From an uncultured Alkaliphilus sp. (GTDB lineage: Bacteria > Bacillota > Clostridia > Peptostreptococcales > Natronincolaceae): DNA of 62,078 bases. Both the position numbers and the translations under genes were made by a program. The DNA lies in NCBI GenBank assembly GCA_964626575.1, contig CAZVFS010000001.1, positions 20,736 through 82,813 on the forward strand, in the 5' to 3' direction. Position 1 is the first letter of the stretch. Each line of letters starts with the position of its first letter. Below the pieces are notes generated by a model. It did not search any database. It saw nothing but the letters and a program-made list of their open reading frames with translations, and was not told where the DNA came from. Positions 40,291-47,716 of the stretch are shown in pieces.

Positions 40291-40944
40291 TTATACTTCG
40301 CCATCTTTGGGCGGTTTATACTTGAGCTGTTCCGGAAAAAACTCCGGGAAATCCGCACATTCAAATTCATCGCATATTTCGTCGGGTTGGAAGTCCTCAC
40401 ATTCAAGTGGAACAGGGCAAAATCCATACTCCGGGATAAGCAGTTGTACTTTGCCAACTACTTTTGTGATCATAAACACACCAATAGTAAATATTAAAAC
40501 TCCATCATCAAATACCGGTTCGGTCAACGATTTAGATAAGGTCTCCACTATAATCTTAAATGTAAATTCGTCCCTTGCTGCCGGTATATACAGAACTATG
40601 TCTTTCTGAATTGGTGGTAATTCTCCGGAAATGCTTTCAATAGCTCCTGTTGCCGTGTTTTTAACCCTCACTGTAAAAGTGACCCTAACTTTAAATCTCA
40701 CTCTTCTAAAGCTTGGTCTATTTTGTATGTCTGTAATTACCAGTGTTCCCCTGACAATTTCCCCCGGGTTAAATGTTATATCTAAAAATTCAAATTTAGG
40801 TAGACAGCCATGTGGAATCCTAACTTTTACATCTTCTACACATTCCCTTTGTTGGCATTGAAAATATACCTTATCAACTATAACGCACGCAGTTTTAAAA
40901 TCCTGGTGATGTGAACCACCTTTTGAATCAAGATTTGACGACAT
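40291..40944 (-). CDS. hypothetical beta-rich protein with Cys-containing N- and C-terminal segments
   Basis: GGGGGG SD 6 nt upstream of ATG 40944. N-terminal ACVIVDKVYFQCQQRECVEDV and C-terminal CPVPLECEDFQPDEICDEFECADF. I recognise no family and see no signal peptide. Confidence 0.5.
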   Translation of the reverse strand: MSSNLDSKGGSHHQDFKTACVIVDKVYFQCQQRECVEDVKVRIPHGCLPKFEFLDITFNPGEIVRGTLVITDIQNRPSFRRVRFKVRVTFTVRVKNTATGAIESISGELPPIQKDIVLYIPAARDEFTFKIIVETLSKSLTEPVFDDGVLIFTIGVFMITKVVGKVQLLIPEYGFCPVPLECEDFQPDEICDEFECADFPEFFPEQLKYKPPKDGEV

Positions 40945-41070
40945 AGGTTTCCCCCCTTGCTTCATTTTTTAATTTTTAATCTATTAATAATTTTGCCTGT
41001 AGTATCATAATATGGAATAGGTTTATATTTGTGATTGATTATAAAATTCTTTTCAAAGGACGTGTGCTAC

Positions 41071-42372
41071 ATGCAATTAATAATTCCCCAACAGTATTTA
41101 GTCAGATTAAACGAAAATTTAATATGCTATTTTTTCTTATGTGACGACAAATCATTACATTATAATACCTATAACAGTGATAATGTTTTGCTCAATAGTA
41201 ACAAATTGCTTTCTAACATTATAAATTTTTCGGTAGTTGTGGATAAACATGAAAGAGTCCATTTAATTTGCATTACCCTGGAAGGGGAATTGCAACATTA
41301 TATAGGTGAGAACAATAACTGGAACCACAGGACTGTTTCAAAACTTGACATGGAATCAAATATATATAAATATTTAACACTCCATGTGAATGACGAGTAC
41401 ATACATCTTCTCTACGTAAAAACAAATTTACTGACCCAGACACTGTCCACCATTGAACATATGTATTGGGATGGAAAAAATGTAAATAGAATTGTGGTAA
41501 GTAATTATGTCCATGGTAAATATACCAGCCCCCTTCAGGTTTCCTTTGACAGTTCACAAAATTTTCATGTAATATACAAGGCAGTCTATAAAAATAATCA
41601 CCAACTGTATTATAATAAATTTAATATACTGACAAAAATATGGACAATGAGTGAATTGATAACTGATTTACATGAAGAACATTCCCACCCCTATATATTT
41701 ATAGATAAAAAACAAAATTTACATTTACTCTGGTGTACAATAGAGCAAAATAATTTTATTTTAAAATATAAAAAGAAATGCAATATAATCGATACAAAAT
41801 CAAGGTGGTCCAATACACAGACATTATCTAATAAAATTTCGAATTATCTCTTTCCTATATTGATTCAGGAATCAGATACCTTAAAAATTTATTGCAGGCA
41901 AAACGATAAAATCATAGAAATTATATCGAATGACTTTGGGGATTCTTGGACAGATTTAGTAAATGGCAAGTCCTACGTTATCGAAGAACCCAAAATTCTC
42001 CGGTACTCCAATAACCCACAAGCAGATAACAAATATCTGGCAAAACATGTTTATGGAAGTATCAAAGATACGATACAGATTGTTGGCATGGACTTATTTA
42101 ACAGCAAGGAGGAAAATAAGCCTCCTCCAACACAGCCAAATTTAAACCGGGAACAAAATGGCCCAGCCAGCGTTGATAAAGCGGAGCATCAACCCAGGGA
42201 TCATCTTGCAGATATATCCGCAAAGGAAATTAATTATACAACATGTGAAATTGGACAAAATAACAATATAATAATCGACCTCGATAAATTAAACGATACC
42301 ACAGATAACGCTAAAGGATCCGGCGGTGTAATAAATGGTATATTCCAACGTCTTATTAATTTTTTCAAGTAG
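41071..42372 (+). CDS. hypothetical protein with repeated beta-propeller-blade-like units and one Asp-box (BNR) motif
   Basis: Four to five repeats of the type ..D..(E/Q)..HL(I/L)(Y/W/C)......(L/I).Y.... (VHLICI, IHLLYV, FHVIYK, LHLLWC). One Asp-box, SNDFGDSW. Low-complexity C-terminal about 90 aa. The start could be ATG 41071 or TTG 41035. Confidence 0.5.
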   Translation: MQLIIPQQYLVRLNENLICYFFLCDDKSLHYNTYNSDNVLLNSNKLLSNIINFSVVVDKHERVHLICITLEGELQHYIGENNNWNHRTVSKLDMESNIYKYLTLHVNDEYIHLLYVKTNLLTQTLSTIEHMYWDGKNVNRIVVSNYVHGKYTSPLQVSFDSSQNFHVIYKAVYKNNHQLYYNKFNILTKIWTMSELITDLHEEHSHPYIFIDKKQNLHLLWCTIEQNNFILKYKKKCNIIDTKSRWSNTQTLSNKISNYLFPILIQESDTLKIYCRQNDKIIEIISNDFGDSWTDLVNGKSYVIEEPKILRYSNNPQADNKYLAKHVYGSIKDTIQIVGMDLFNSKEENKPPPTQPNLNREQNGPASVDKAEHQPRDHLADISAKEINYTTCEIGQNNNIIIDLDKLNDTTDNAKGSGGVINGIFQRLINFFK

Positions 42373-42425
42373 ATCAACACATATTATATTTTACTTTCCA
42401 AATCGGTTAAACAATATTTCAAAAA

Positions 42426-42476
42426 TAAAAAAACAGCCCGTTTCTCATGTAGTTTGAGCAACAGACTGTTTTTTAA
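42426..42476. terminator. bidirectional terminator (imperfect hairpin flanked by an A-run and a T-run)
   Basis: AAAAAAACAGCCCGTTTCTCA-TGTAGT-TGAGCAACAGACTGTTTTTT lies between convergent genes, with 11/14 stem pairs. Confidence 0.5.
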
Positions 42477-42488
42477 ATTATATATTAT

Positions 42489-42965
42489 TTAATACAATAG
42501 GACTTGTTTTTGTGCTTGTTGAAATCTTTTACATTGACTGATGGCCTCACAATTAAAACAAGGCCTGGATAGTTTGTCTGCTTTATATAAAATTCTACTT
42601 AAATCTGTAGAATGTTCTTTTTTTCTGTGGTTTTTTATAGCCCTTATAATATCAACTTTTTCGTTATCGGAAAAACCGCATCTGTCCAAAATATTTTCGG
42701 CCAATTCTCCGCTTGCTATTGCATGATCTTGTCCTGTTTCATACTCAACCCACCTGCCAATGTCGTGCAACAAAGCGGCAGCATAAATTTTTTCCTTGTC
42801 AATCAGCAACTTTTCTTCCAGATTAAGAATCCAGGATATCCTGCAGACATCTAATAAATGGTTCAAATCGTGATGACAAAAAATTCTATCTTCTTCAAGT
42901 TTTTTAGTTTTAGCAACATACTTGAGGAAGTCGATGTCCTCTAATATACAATTAACCCTTTCCAT
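42489..42965 (-). CDS. HD-domain metal-dependent phosphohydrolase, last gene of the folate operon
   Basis: H...HD motif (CHHDLNH ... LLHDIGRW) and a C-terminal Cys cluster (RPCFNCEAISQC). ATG 42965 lies 1 nt after the folK stop, with AAGGA 8 nt upstream. The alternative ATG 42974 overlaps folK. Confidence 0.75.
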   Translation of the reverse strand: MERVNCILEDIDFLKYVAKTKKLEEDRIFCHHDLNHLLDVCRISWILNLEEKLLIDKEKIYAAALLHDIGRWVEYETGQDHAIASGELAENILDRCGFSDNEKVDIIRAIKNHRKKEHSTDLSRILYKADKLSRPCFNCEAISQCKRFQQAQKQVLLY

Positions 42966-42966
42966 T

Positions 42967-43440
42967 TTAATCATCCTTTTTGTAAACTTGTTCCCCTTCT
43001 AATTCATCGATGATTTCTCTGATCTTTTTGCCCTCAATCATCAAATTAGGGGCAATTTCATACAATGGCACCATAACAAAAGCCCTTTCGCACATTCTAG
43101 GATGAGGTATTATGAGATCCTCTGTCTGAAGTCGGAGCTGTCCGTATAACAATATGTCTATATCTATTATGCGTGGACCAAAACGTATCGTTTTTTTTCT
43201 CTTCATTTTGCTCTCAATGCCTTGTGTAAATTTTAAAAGCTCCTCCGGGCTAAGGTCCGTTTCCCCCTCCAGTACAATGTTTAAAAACCAATCTTGGTCT
43301 TTATATCCCACAGGCTCTGTCTCGTAATAAGATGAACGATTCAATATATTAATTTTTTCTCCGAGCAGTCCCATGGCTGTATCTAAATTGGCTTTGGTAT
43401 CTCCTATATTACTACCTAAGCTGAGGTATATTTTATTCAT
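42967..43440 (-). CDS. folK: 2-amino-4-hydroxy-6-hydroxymethyldihydropteridine pyrophosphokinase
   Basis: IYLSLGSNIGD start, GPRIIDIDILLY, and IPHPRMCERAFVMVPL. Start at 43440 overlaps the folB end. Confidence 0.9.
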   Translation of the reverse strand: MNKIYLSLGSNIGDTKANLDTAMGLLGEKINILNRSSYYETEPVGYKDQDWFLNIVLEGETDLSPEELLKFTQGIESKMKRKKTIRFGPRIIDIDILLYGQLRLQTEDLIIPHPRMCERAFVMVPLYEIAPNLMIEGKKIREIIDELEGEQVYKKDD

Positions 43441-43807
43441 CGGGATGATTCCTTTCCCTTTTAATTTGCACGGCAAAATAGTCAAAGATCCCTGCTACGG
43501 GGGTCTCCGGTTTTTTTATTTTTACATTAACTTTTTGGACTATGCCAAAGAAACGTAATATATTCTCACATATTTTCTCGGCCAGAGCCTCTAATAAATT
43601 ATACCGTTCGTCCTCAACAATTTTTTTTATTGTTTCATATACTTCTTTGTAATTAACCGTACAATCAAGATTGTCGGTTTTCCCTGCTTTTTTTAAATCA
43701 ATGTATAATATCACATCAACAATGAACCTCTGGCCTAATTTTTTTTCTTCCTCCAAAACCCCATGATACCCATAGAATATCATGCCATTCATAAGGATTT
43801 TATCCAA
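43433..43807 (-). CDS. folB: dihydroneopterin aldolase
   Basis: [32 protein letters not shown]...VNYKEVYE. Confidence 0.9.
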   Translation of the reverse strand: MDKILMNGMIFYGYHGVLEEEKKLGQRFIVDVILYIDLKKAGKTDNLDCTVNYKEVYETIKKIVEDERYNLLEALAEKICENILRFFGIVQKVNVKIKKPETPVAGIFDYFAVQIKRERNHPDE

Positions 43808-44657
43808 TTGGAATCCCCCTAACTATAACATCGGTCACTTTAACTGCCTTTAAATTTTCTTCTATATCATGAACCCTGATAATGTCTGCACCCTGCATGA
43901 TACCTATTGCCGTAGTGGCTAAAGTACCCTCTAGTCTTTCCTTTGGGGGCACACCCAATATTTTGCCCAACGTAGATTTTCTGGAAGTACCCAGTAAGAT
44001 AGGATACCCCAATTCTTTGAACTCATCTAAACGCCTTATTACAACAATATTTTGTTCAGCTGTCTTTCCAAAACCGATGCCCGGATCCAGTACAATTTTA
44101 TCCTCACTGATACCTGCATCTAATGCAATTTGAATAGATTTTTTAAAAAATCTTTTCATCTCTTCAATTATGTCATCTTTATAGTATGTGTCTTGCTTGT
44201 TATGCATTATAATTATAGGGGCACCATACCTGGCAACAACCTCAGCCATCCTACTATCTTCTTGTAAACCCCATATATCGTTGATAATATGAACACCACG
44301 TTTGAGGCCCTCTTCGGCTACCTCCGACCTTATGGTATCTAATGAAATAATGGCATCAGTCTCCCCGGCGATTCTCTCTATAACGGGAATTACCCTTTCT
44401 AACTCTTCTTCCGTAGAAATCCTGGTATGACCGGGTCTTGACGACTCTCCCCCAATATCTATAATATCGGCACCTTGTGCTATCATCTTTTTAGCGTGGG
44501 CAACCGCTACTTCGGTTGAAAAAAAATCCCCACCATCGGAAAAAGAATCCGGAGTAATATTTACAATCCCCATAATATATGTTCTCTGTCCGAAATTGAT
44601 ATTATATTGAGAAAAACCCGAGCCCCTACCCATCACTGTATACCCCCTAGTCCTCAC
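43800..44657 (-). CDS. folP: dihydropteroate synthase
   Basis: [31 protein letters not shown], and DPGIGFGK. The start is uncertain (44657 or ATG 44633). Confidence 0.9.
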   Translation of the reverse strand: MRTRGYTVMGRGSGFSQYNINFGQRTYIMGIVNITPDSFSDGGDFFSTEVAVAHAKKMIAQGADIIDIGGESSRPGHTRISTEEELERVIPVIERIAGETDAIISLDTIRSEVAEEGLKRGVHIINDIWGLQEDSRMAEVVARYGAPIIIMHNKQDTYYKDDIIEEMKRFFKKSIQIALDAGISEDKIVLDPGIGFGKTAEQNIVVIRRLDEFKELGYPILLGTSRKSTLGKILGVPPKERLEGTLATTAIGIMQGADIIRVHDIEENLKAVKVTDVIVRGIPIG

Positions 44658-45213
44658 TGTTTATAATAGACATAACCTCAGACCTTGATTTGGGATCTGT
44701 AGCAAACACACCCCTGACTGCCGAGGTAATTGTCTTTGAACCCGGCTTTTTAATTCCCCTCATGGTCATACACATATGTTCCGCTTCCAGAACAACAATA
44801 ACACCATATGGTTCCAATTGTTTCTGAATGGTATCTGCTACAATGGTTGTGAGCCTTTCTTGCAATTGTGGCCTTTTAGAAACGATATCCACTACCCTGG
44901 CTAATTTACTCAAACCCGTCAATTTCCCATTTCTGGGTAGATATCCGACATGGGCCTTTCCAAAAAAAGGTACTAAATGATGTTCGCAAACCGAATAAAA
45001 TGGAATGTCTTTTATCAAAACCAACTCTTCATACTTTTCTTGTTGAAAATGTATTTCCAGACAACTTCCCGGATCTTCATTGAGTCCGCAAAATATTTCT
45101 TCGTACATGTTTGCAATCCTTCTGGGTGTATCTACGAGCCCTTCTCTATCCGGGTCCTCGCCCACAGCAAAAAGTATTTCTTTAACCGCTTTTTCAATTC
45201 TCTCCTTATCCAA
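44647..45213 (-). CDS. folE: GTP cyclohydrolase I (FolE type I)
   Basis: [37 protein letters not shown], and QVQERLT-like PQLQERLT. Apparent TTG start with an AGAGGGA SD. Confidence 0.9.
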   Translation of the reverse strand: MDKERIEKAVKEILFAVGEDPDREGLVDTPRRIANMYEEIFCGLNEDPGSCLEIHFQQEKYEELVLIKDIPFYSVCEHHLVPFFGKAHVGYLPRNGKLTGLSKLARVVDIVSKRPQLQERLTTIVADTIQKQLEPYGVIVVLEAEHMCMTMRGIKKPGSKTITSAVRGVFATDPKSRSEVMSIINSED

Positions 45214-45279
45214 AGCTAGTCCCTCTCTTCCTATGCCAAATAAATTTAAATTATAAATTGCATGCTAAATAGTAACAAT

Positions 45280-45307
45280 ATTATACCATATCAGAACTAT
45301 TTAGCAA
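45280..45307 (-). promoter_or_regulatory. folE operon promoter (TTGCTA-16-TGGTATAAT, extended -10)
   Basis: -35 at 45302-45307 and -10 at 45280-45285, preceded by TGG. Hand verified. Confidence 0.55.
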
Positions 45308-45367
45308 TTATGATGCCAATAATATCTTCATAATACGACATTTTATTTTATGGTATTTATTTAATAT

Positions 45368-45469
45368 GGTGGCGTGGGGACGTTTTGTTTGCCATCCTAA
45401 TTTTAAGGTAGACACACGGTCTTGCGCCTTCTTCTCGGGGGGTGGCAAACAAAACGTCCCCATGCCACC
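45368..45469. repeat. 102-nt inverted-repeat element (30-bp stem, 42-nt structured loop) starting immediately after the transcarbamylase stop codon
   Basis: Arm 45368-45397 (GGTGGCGTGGGGACGTTTTGTTTGCCATCC) pairs with arm 45440-45469 (GGGTGGCAAACAAAACGTCCCCATGCCACC). All 30 positions pair if two G-U pairs are counted. Each arm also contains its own internal 7-bp inverted repeat (GGTGGCA..TGCCACC). Confidence 0.85.
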
Positions 45470-46402
45470 TTAATTGTTCAACAGGGACAGCAGTATGGCT
45501 TTTTGTACATGTTTCCTGTTTTCGGCTTGCTGTAAAATTATTTCAATATTTTTTTCAATCATATCCCTGTCAATTTCATACCCGGCGTGAATTGGCATGT
45601 CGTGCATTATTTTTGCTTTGCTGCCGGATAGTAACTCATTATTTAATTGAAATGGCATCATCTTTTCAATTCTTTCATTTTTAAATTCTGCAAATTCAGG
45701 ATTGTTGAAAAATTCCATGTCCACCCAACTGTCGGTGTATATAATGTCCATGTCTTCCACTAGATCTAAAAGTTTTTTCCCTACATATTCAGTATAGTCC
45801 AATAGATACAAATTGCCTGTTTTTTTAGCACAGTCAATTATCTCCTGATCAAACGATGCCTTGTTAATTATCGGGGTAAGTACGAATAATTTCCCCCCAA
45901 GTCTTGGCAGGGATTCTGTCAATGAATTTAAAACGTTATTTAATACCCCTACATACAACATTTTAATATTATATGTACCAAAGTGCTCTTTTACAGTCAA
46001 TAAATCAGCCGTGACTTGACATGGGTGATACTTGTTGCAGCAACCGTTGATAACGGGCACAGGAGAGTAATGAGCCATCTCATTAATATCCTCGTTGAAT
46101 TTTAATCTAGCCATAATTATATCTACATTTGATCCTATATATCTGACTTCATCCCTGATTTCACCTACCTTAAAATTGCTGTCTTCCCATTTCTGAAAAA
46201 AATATTTTCCCCCCAACTCTTCCATTCCAATACTAAAAGATAATGCCGTACGGGTTGAAGTTTTTTGAAACAGCTCGTAAAGAAATTTTCCTTCCAGTGC
46301 GTTTGAAAATTTTTTGGGATTATTTTTTATAATTGTTGCCTTTTCGATAATTTCGTTAATTTTATCTGCCTTTAAATTCTTAAAATTAATAAAATGCTTC
46401 AT
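45470..46402 (-). CDS. aspartate/ornithine carbamoyltransferase-family protein with a divergent second-substrate site
   Basis: Aligns by eye with E. coli OTC. STRT (FQKTSTRTALSF), HPCQ and AENRKH are conserved, but STRTR becomes STRTA, DxxxSMG becomes TDSWVDME, and HCLP becomes HDMP. Confidence 0.75.
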   Translation of the reverse strand: MKHFINFKNLKADKINEIIEKATIIKNNPKKFSNALEGKFLYELFQKTSTRTALSFSIGMEELGGKYFFQKWEDSNFKVGEIRDEVRYIGSNVDIIMARLKFNEDINEMAHYSPVPVINGCCNKYHPCQVTADLLTVKEHFGTYNIKMLYVGVLNNVLNSLTESLPRLGGKLFVLTPIINKASFDQEIIDCAKKTGNLYLLDYTEYVGKKLLDLVEDMDIIYTDSWVDMEFFNNPEFAEFKNERIEKMMPFQLNNELLSGSKAKIMHDMPIHAGYEIDRDMIEKNIEIILQQAENRKHVQKAILLSLLNN

Positions 46403-46478
46403 ATAATTTCCCCCTCATACAATATGTTTATTTTATCCTCGAGCCTGTAGGTATAATTTTTTATATTTGATCATATGA

Positions 46479-46521
46479 TGCAATATTATACACGGTATTG
46501 AATAAATATTCAATACCGTGT
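46479..46521 (-). promoter_or_regulatory. promoter (TTGAAT-17-TATAAT) overlapped by a perfect ARG box inside a 32-nt palindrome; weaker second box adjacent
   Basis: 46497-46514 reads ATTGAATAAATATTCAAT, matching wnTGAATwwwwATTCAnw at all 10 core positions. The palindrome spans 46490-46521. -35 at 46508-46513 and -10 at 46485-46490. The second box TGCAATATTATACA (46479-46492) matches 7/10 core positions. Confidence 0.55.
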
Positions 46522-46559
46522 TTATTTTATACTTAATATATATGTTGTTTTAATTTGCT

Positions 46560-47546
46560 TTATAATAGTATTTTCGTGTCAAACCCACATCCTGGGCATA
46601 CATTGCTATTCATGTAATTGTTTGTAAAAAAACCATTCCGCTCTATTAAAAGTTCTTTACACTTAGGGCAATAAGTGGATGTATCAACGTTATCCATGTT
46701 TCCAAGATATACATAATTTAAGTGTTTTTTGGCGATGTCCCTGCTTTCCAGCATTACTTCCAGCCTTGTAGGAGGGTCATCCATCTTATAATTTGGAAAA
46801 TACCGGGACAGATGTAATGGGATGTTTTTATCCAGACTACCCAAATAGGATGCAATCTGTTCTACTTCTTCTTTAGAATCGTTTAAACTGTTCACTAATA
46901 AAGTAGTTATTTCAACATGACATTTCCCCACAGCGTTTTTAATGGTTGTTAATACAGGCTCTAATTGCCCACCGCATATTCTTTTATAATAGTCCTGTTC
47001 AAAAGATTTTAAATCTATATTCATAGCATCTATGTATGGCAAGAGTTCCAATAACGGTTCAGTTTCGATGTACCCGTTGGTTACGAGAACTGTGCTGGCA
47101 TGTTGGTCTGTTTCTTTTAATTTTTTTGAGGTTTCATATATATATTCATACCAGATAGAGGGTTCGTTATATGTAAAGGCTATACCTATATTGCCTTCCA
47201 GATCCGAATATACCTTTATGAGCTCCTCCGGAGGAAAATATTTGCTGTCCGCCTTATATTGAGCTATCGAGTAGTTTTGGCAAAAATCACAGGAAAAGTT
47301 ACAACCAAAACTTCCTACGGATAATATATTTTTTCCGGGTTTAAAATGGTAGAGGGGCTTTTTTTCTACAGGGTCAATTGCCATTGCTGTTATCTCTCCA
47401 TAGTTTATTGTTTTTAAAACACCGCTTTTATTTGTTCTGACGGAACATAGCCCAAACCGATTTTCGGCTATAACACAATTATGGGGACACAGTAAACATT
47501 TTATCTTGTCCCCGTATTTTTCAAAAAACAACGCATCATATAACAA
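46560..47546 (-). CDS. AmmeMemoRadiSam-system radical SAM activase-like enzyme
   Basis: CNFSCDFCQN (CxxxCxxC), an N-terminal Cys cluster (KCLLCPHNCVIAENRFGLC), and a C-terminal zinc ribbon (CPKC...CPGC). Adjacent to the AMMECR1 gene. Confidence 0.8.
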   Translation of the reverse strand: MLYDALFFEKYGDKIKCLLCPHNCVIAENRFGLCSVRTNKSGVLKTINYGEITAMAIDPVEKKPLYHFKPGKNILSVGSFGCNFSCDFCQNYSIAQYKADSKYFPPEELIKVYSDLEGNIGIAFTYNEPSIWYEYIYETSKKLKETDQHASTVLVTNGYIETEPLLELLPYIDAMNIDLKSFEQDYYKRICGGQLEPVLTTIKNAVGKCHVEITTLLVNSLNDSKEEVEQIASYLGSLDKNIPLHLSRYFPNYKMDDPPTRLEVMLESRDIAKKHLNYVYLGNMDNVDTSTYCPKCKELLIERNGFFTNNYMNSNVCPGCGFDTKILL

Positions 47547-47639
47547 GGTATCACCTTCATTTTAATATTGTTGATTATCATAATATACAAATCTTGAATC
47601 TAAAAAGATACAATGAGGCTACATTTGCAAAATATGACT

Positions 47640-47675
47640 ATAACTCCGGCAGTTAAAATGAGCTGCAGGAGTTAT
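47640..47675 (-). terminator. candidate hairpin/weak terminator between the AMMECR1 fusion gene and the radical SAM gene
   Basis: ATAACTCCGGCAG-TTAAAATGAG-CTGCAGGAGTTAT forms 12 bp with one mismatch. The downstream T-tract is weak. Confidence 0.35.
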
Positions 47676-47716
47676 TCATATTTAAAGTCGTAATCAAATG
47701 TATTTTTATTAGATTT

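Noticed and set aside
45214-45469. THF riboswitch upstream of folE
   Set aside because: The structured element does not resemble the THF-I core as I recall it. It also lies upstream of a good TTGCTA-16-TGGTATAAT promoter, so it is probably outside the folE transcript.
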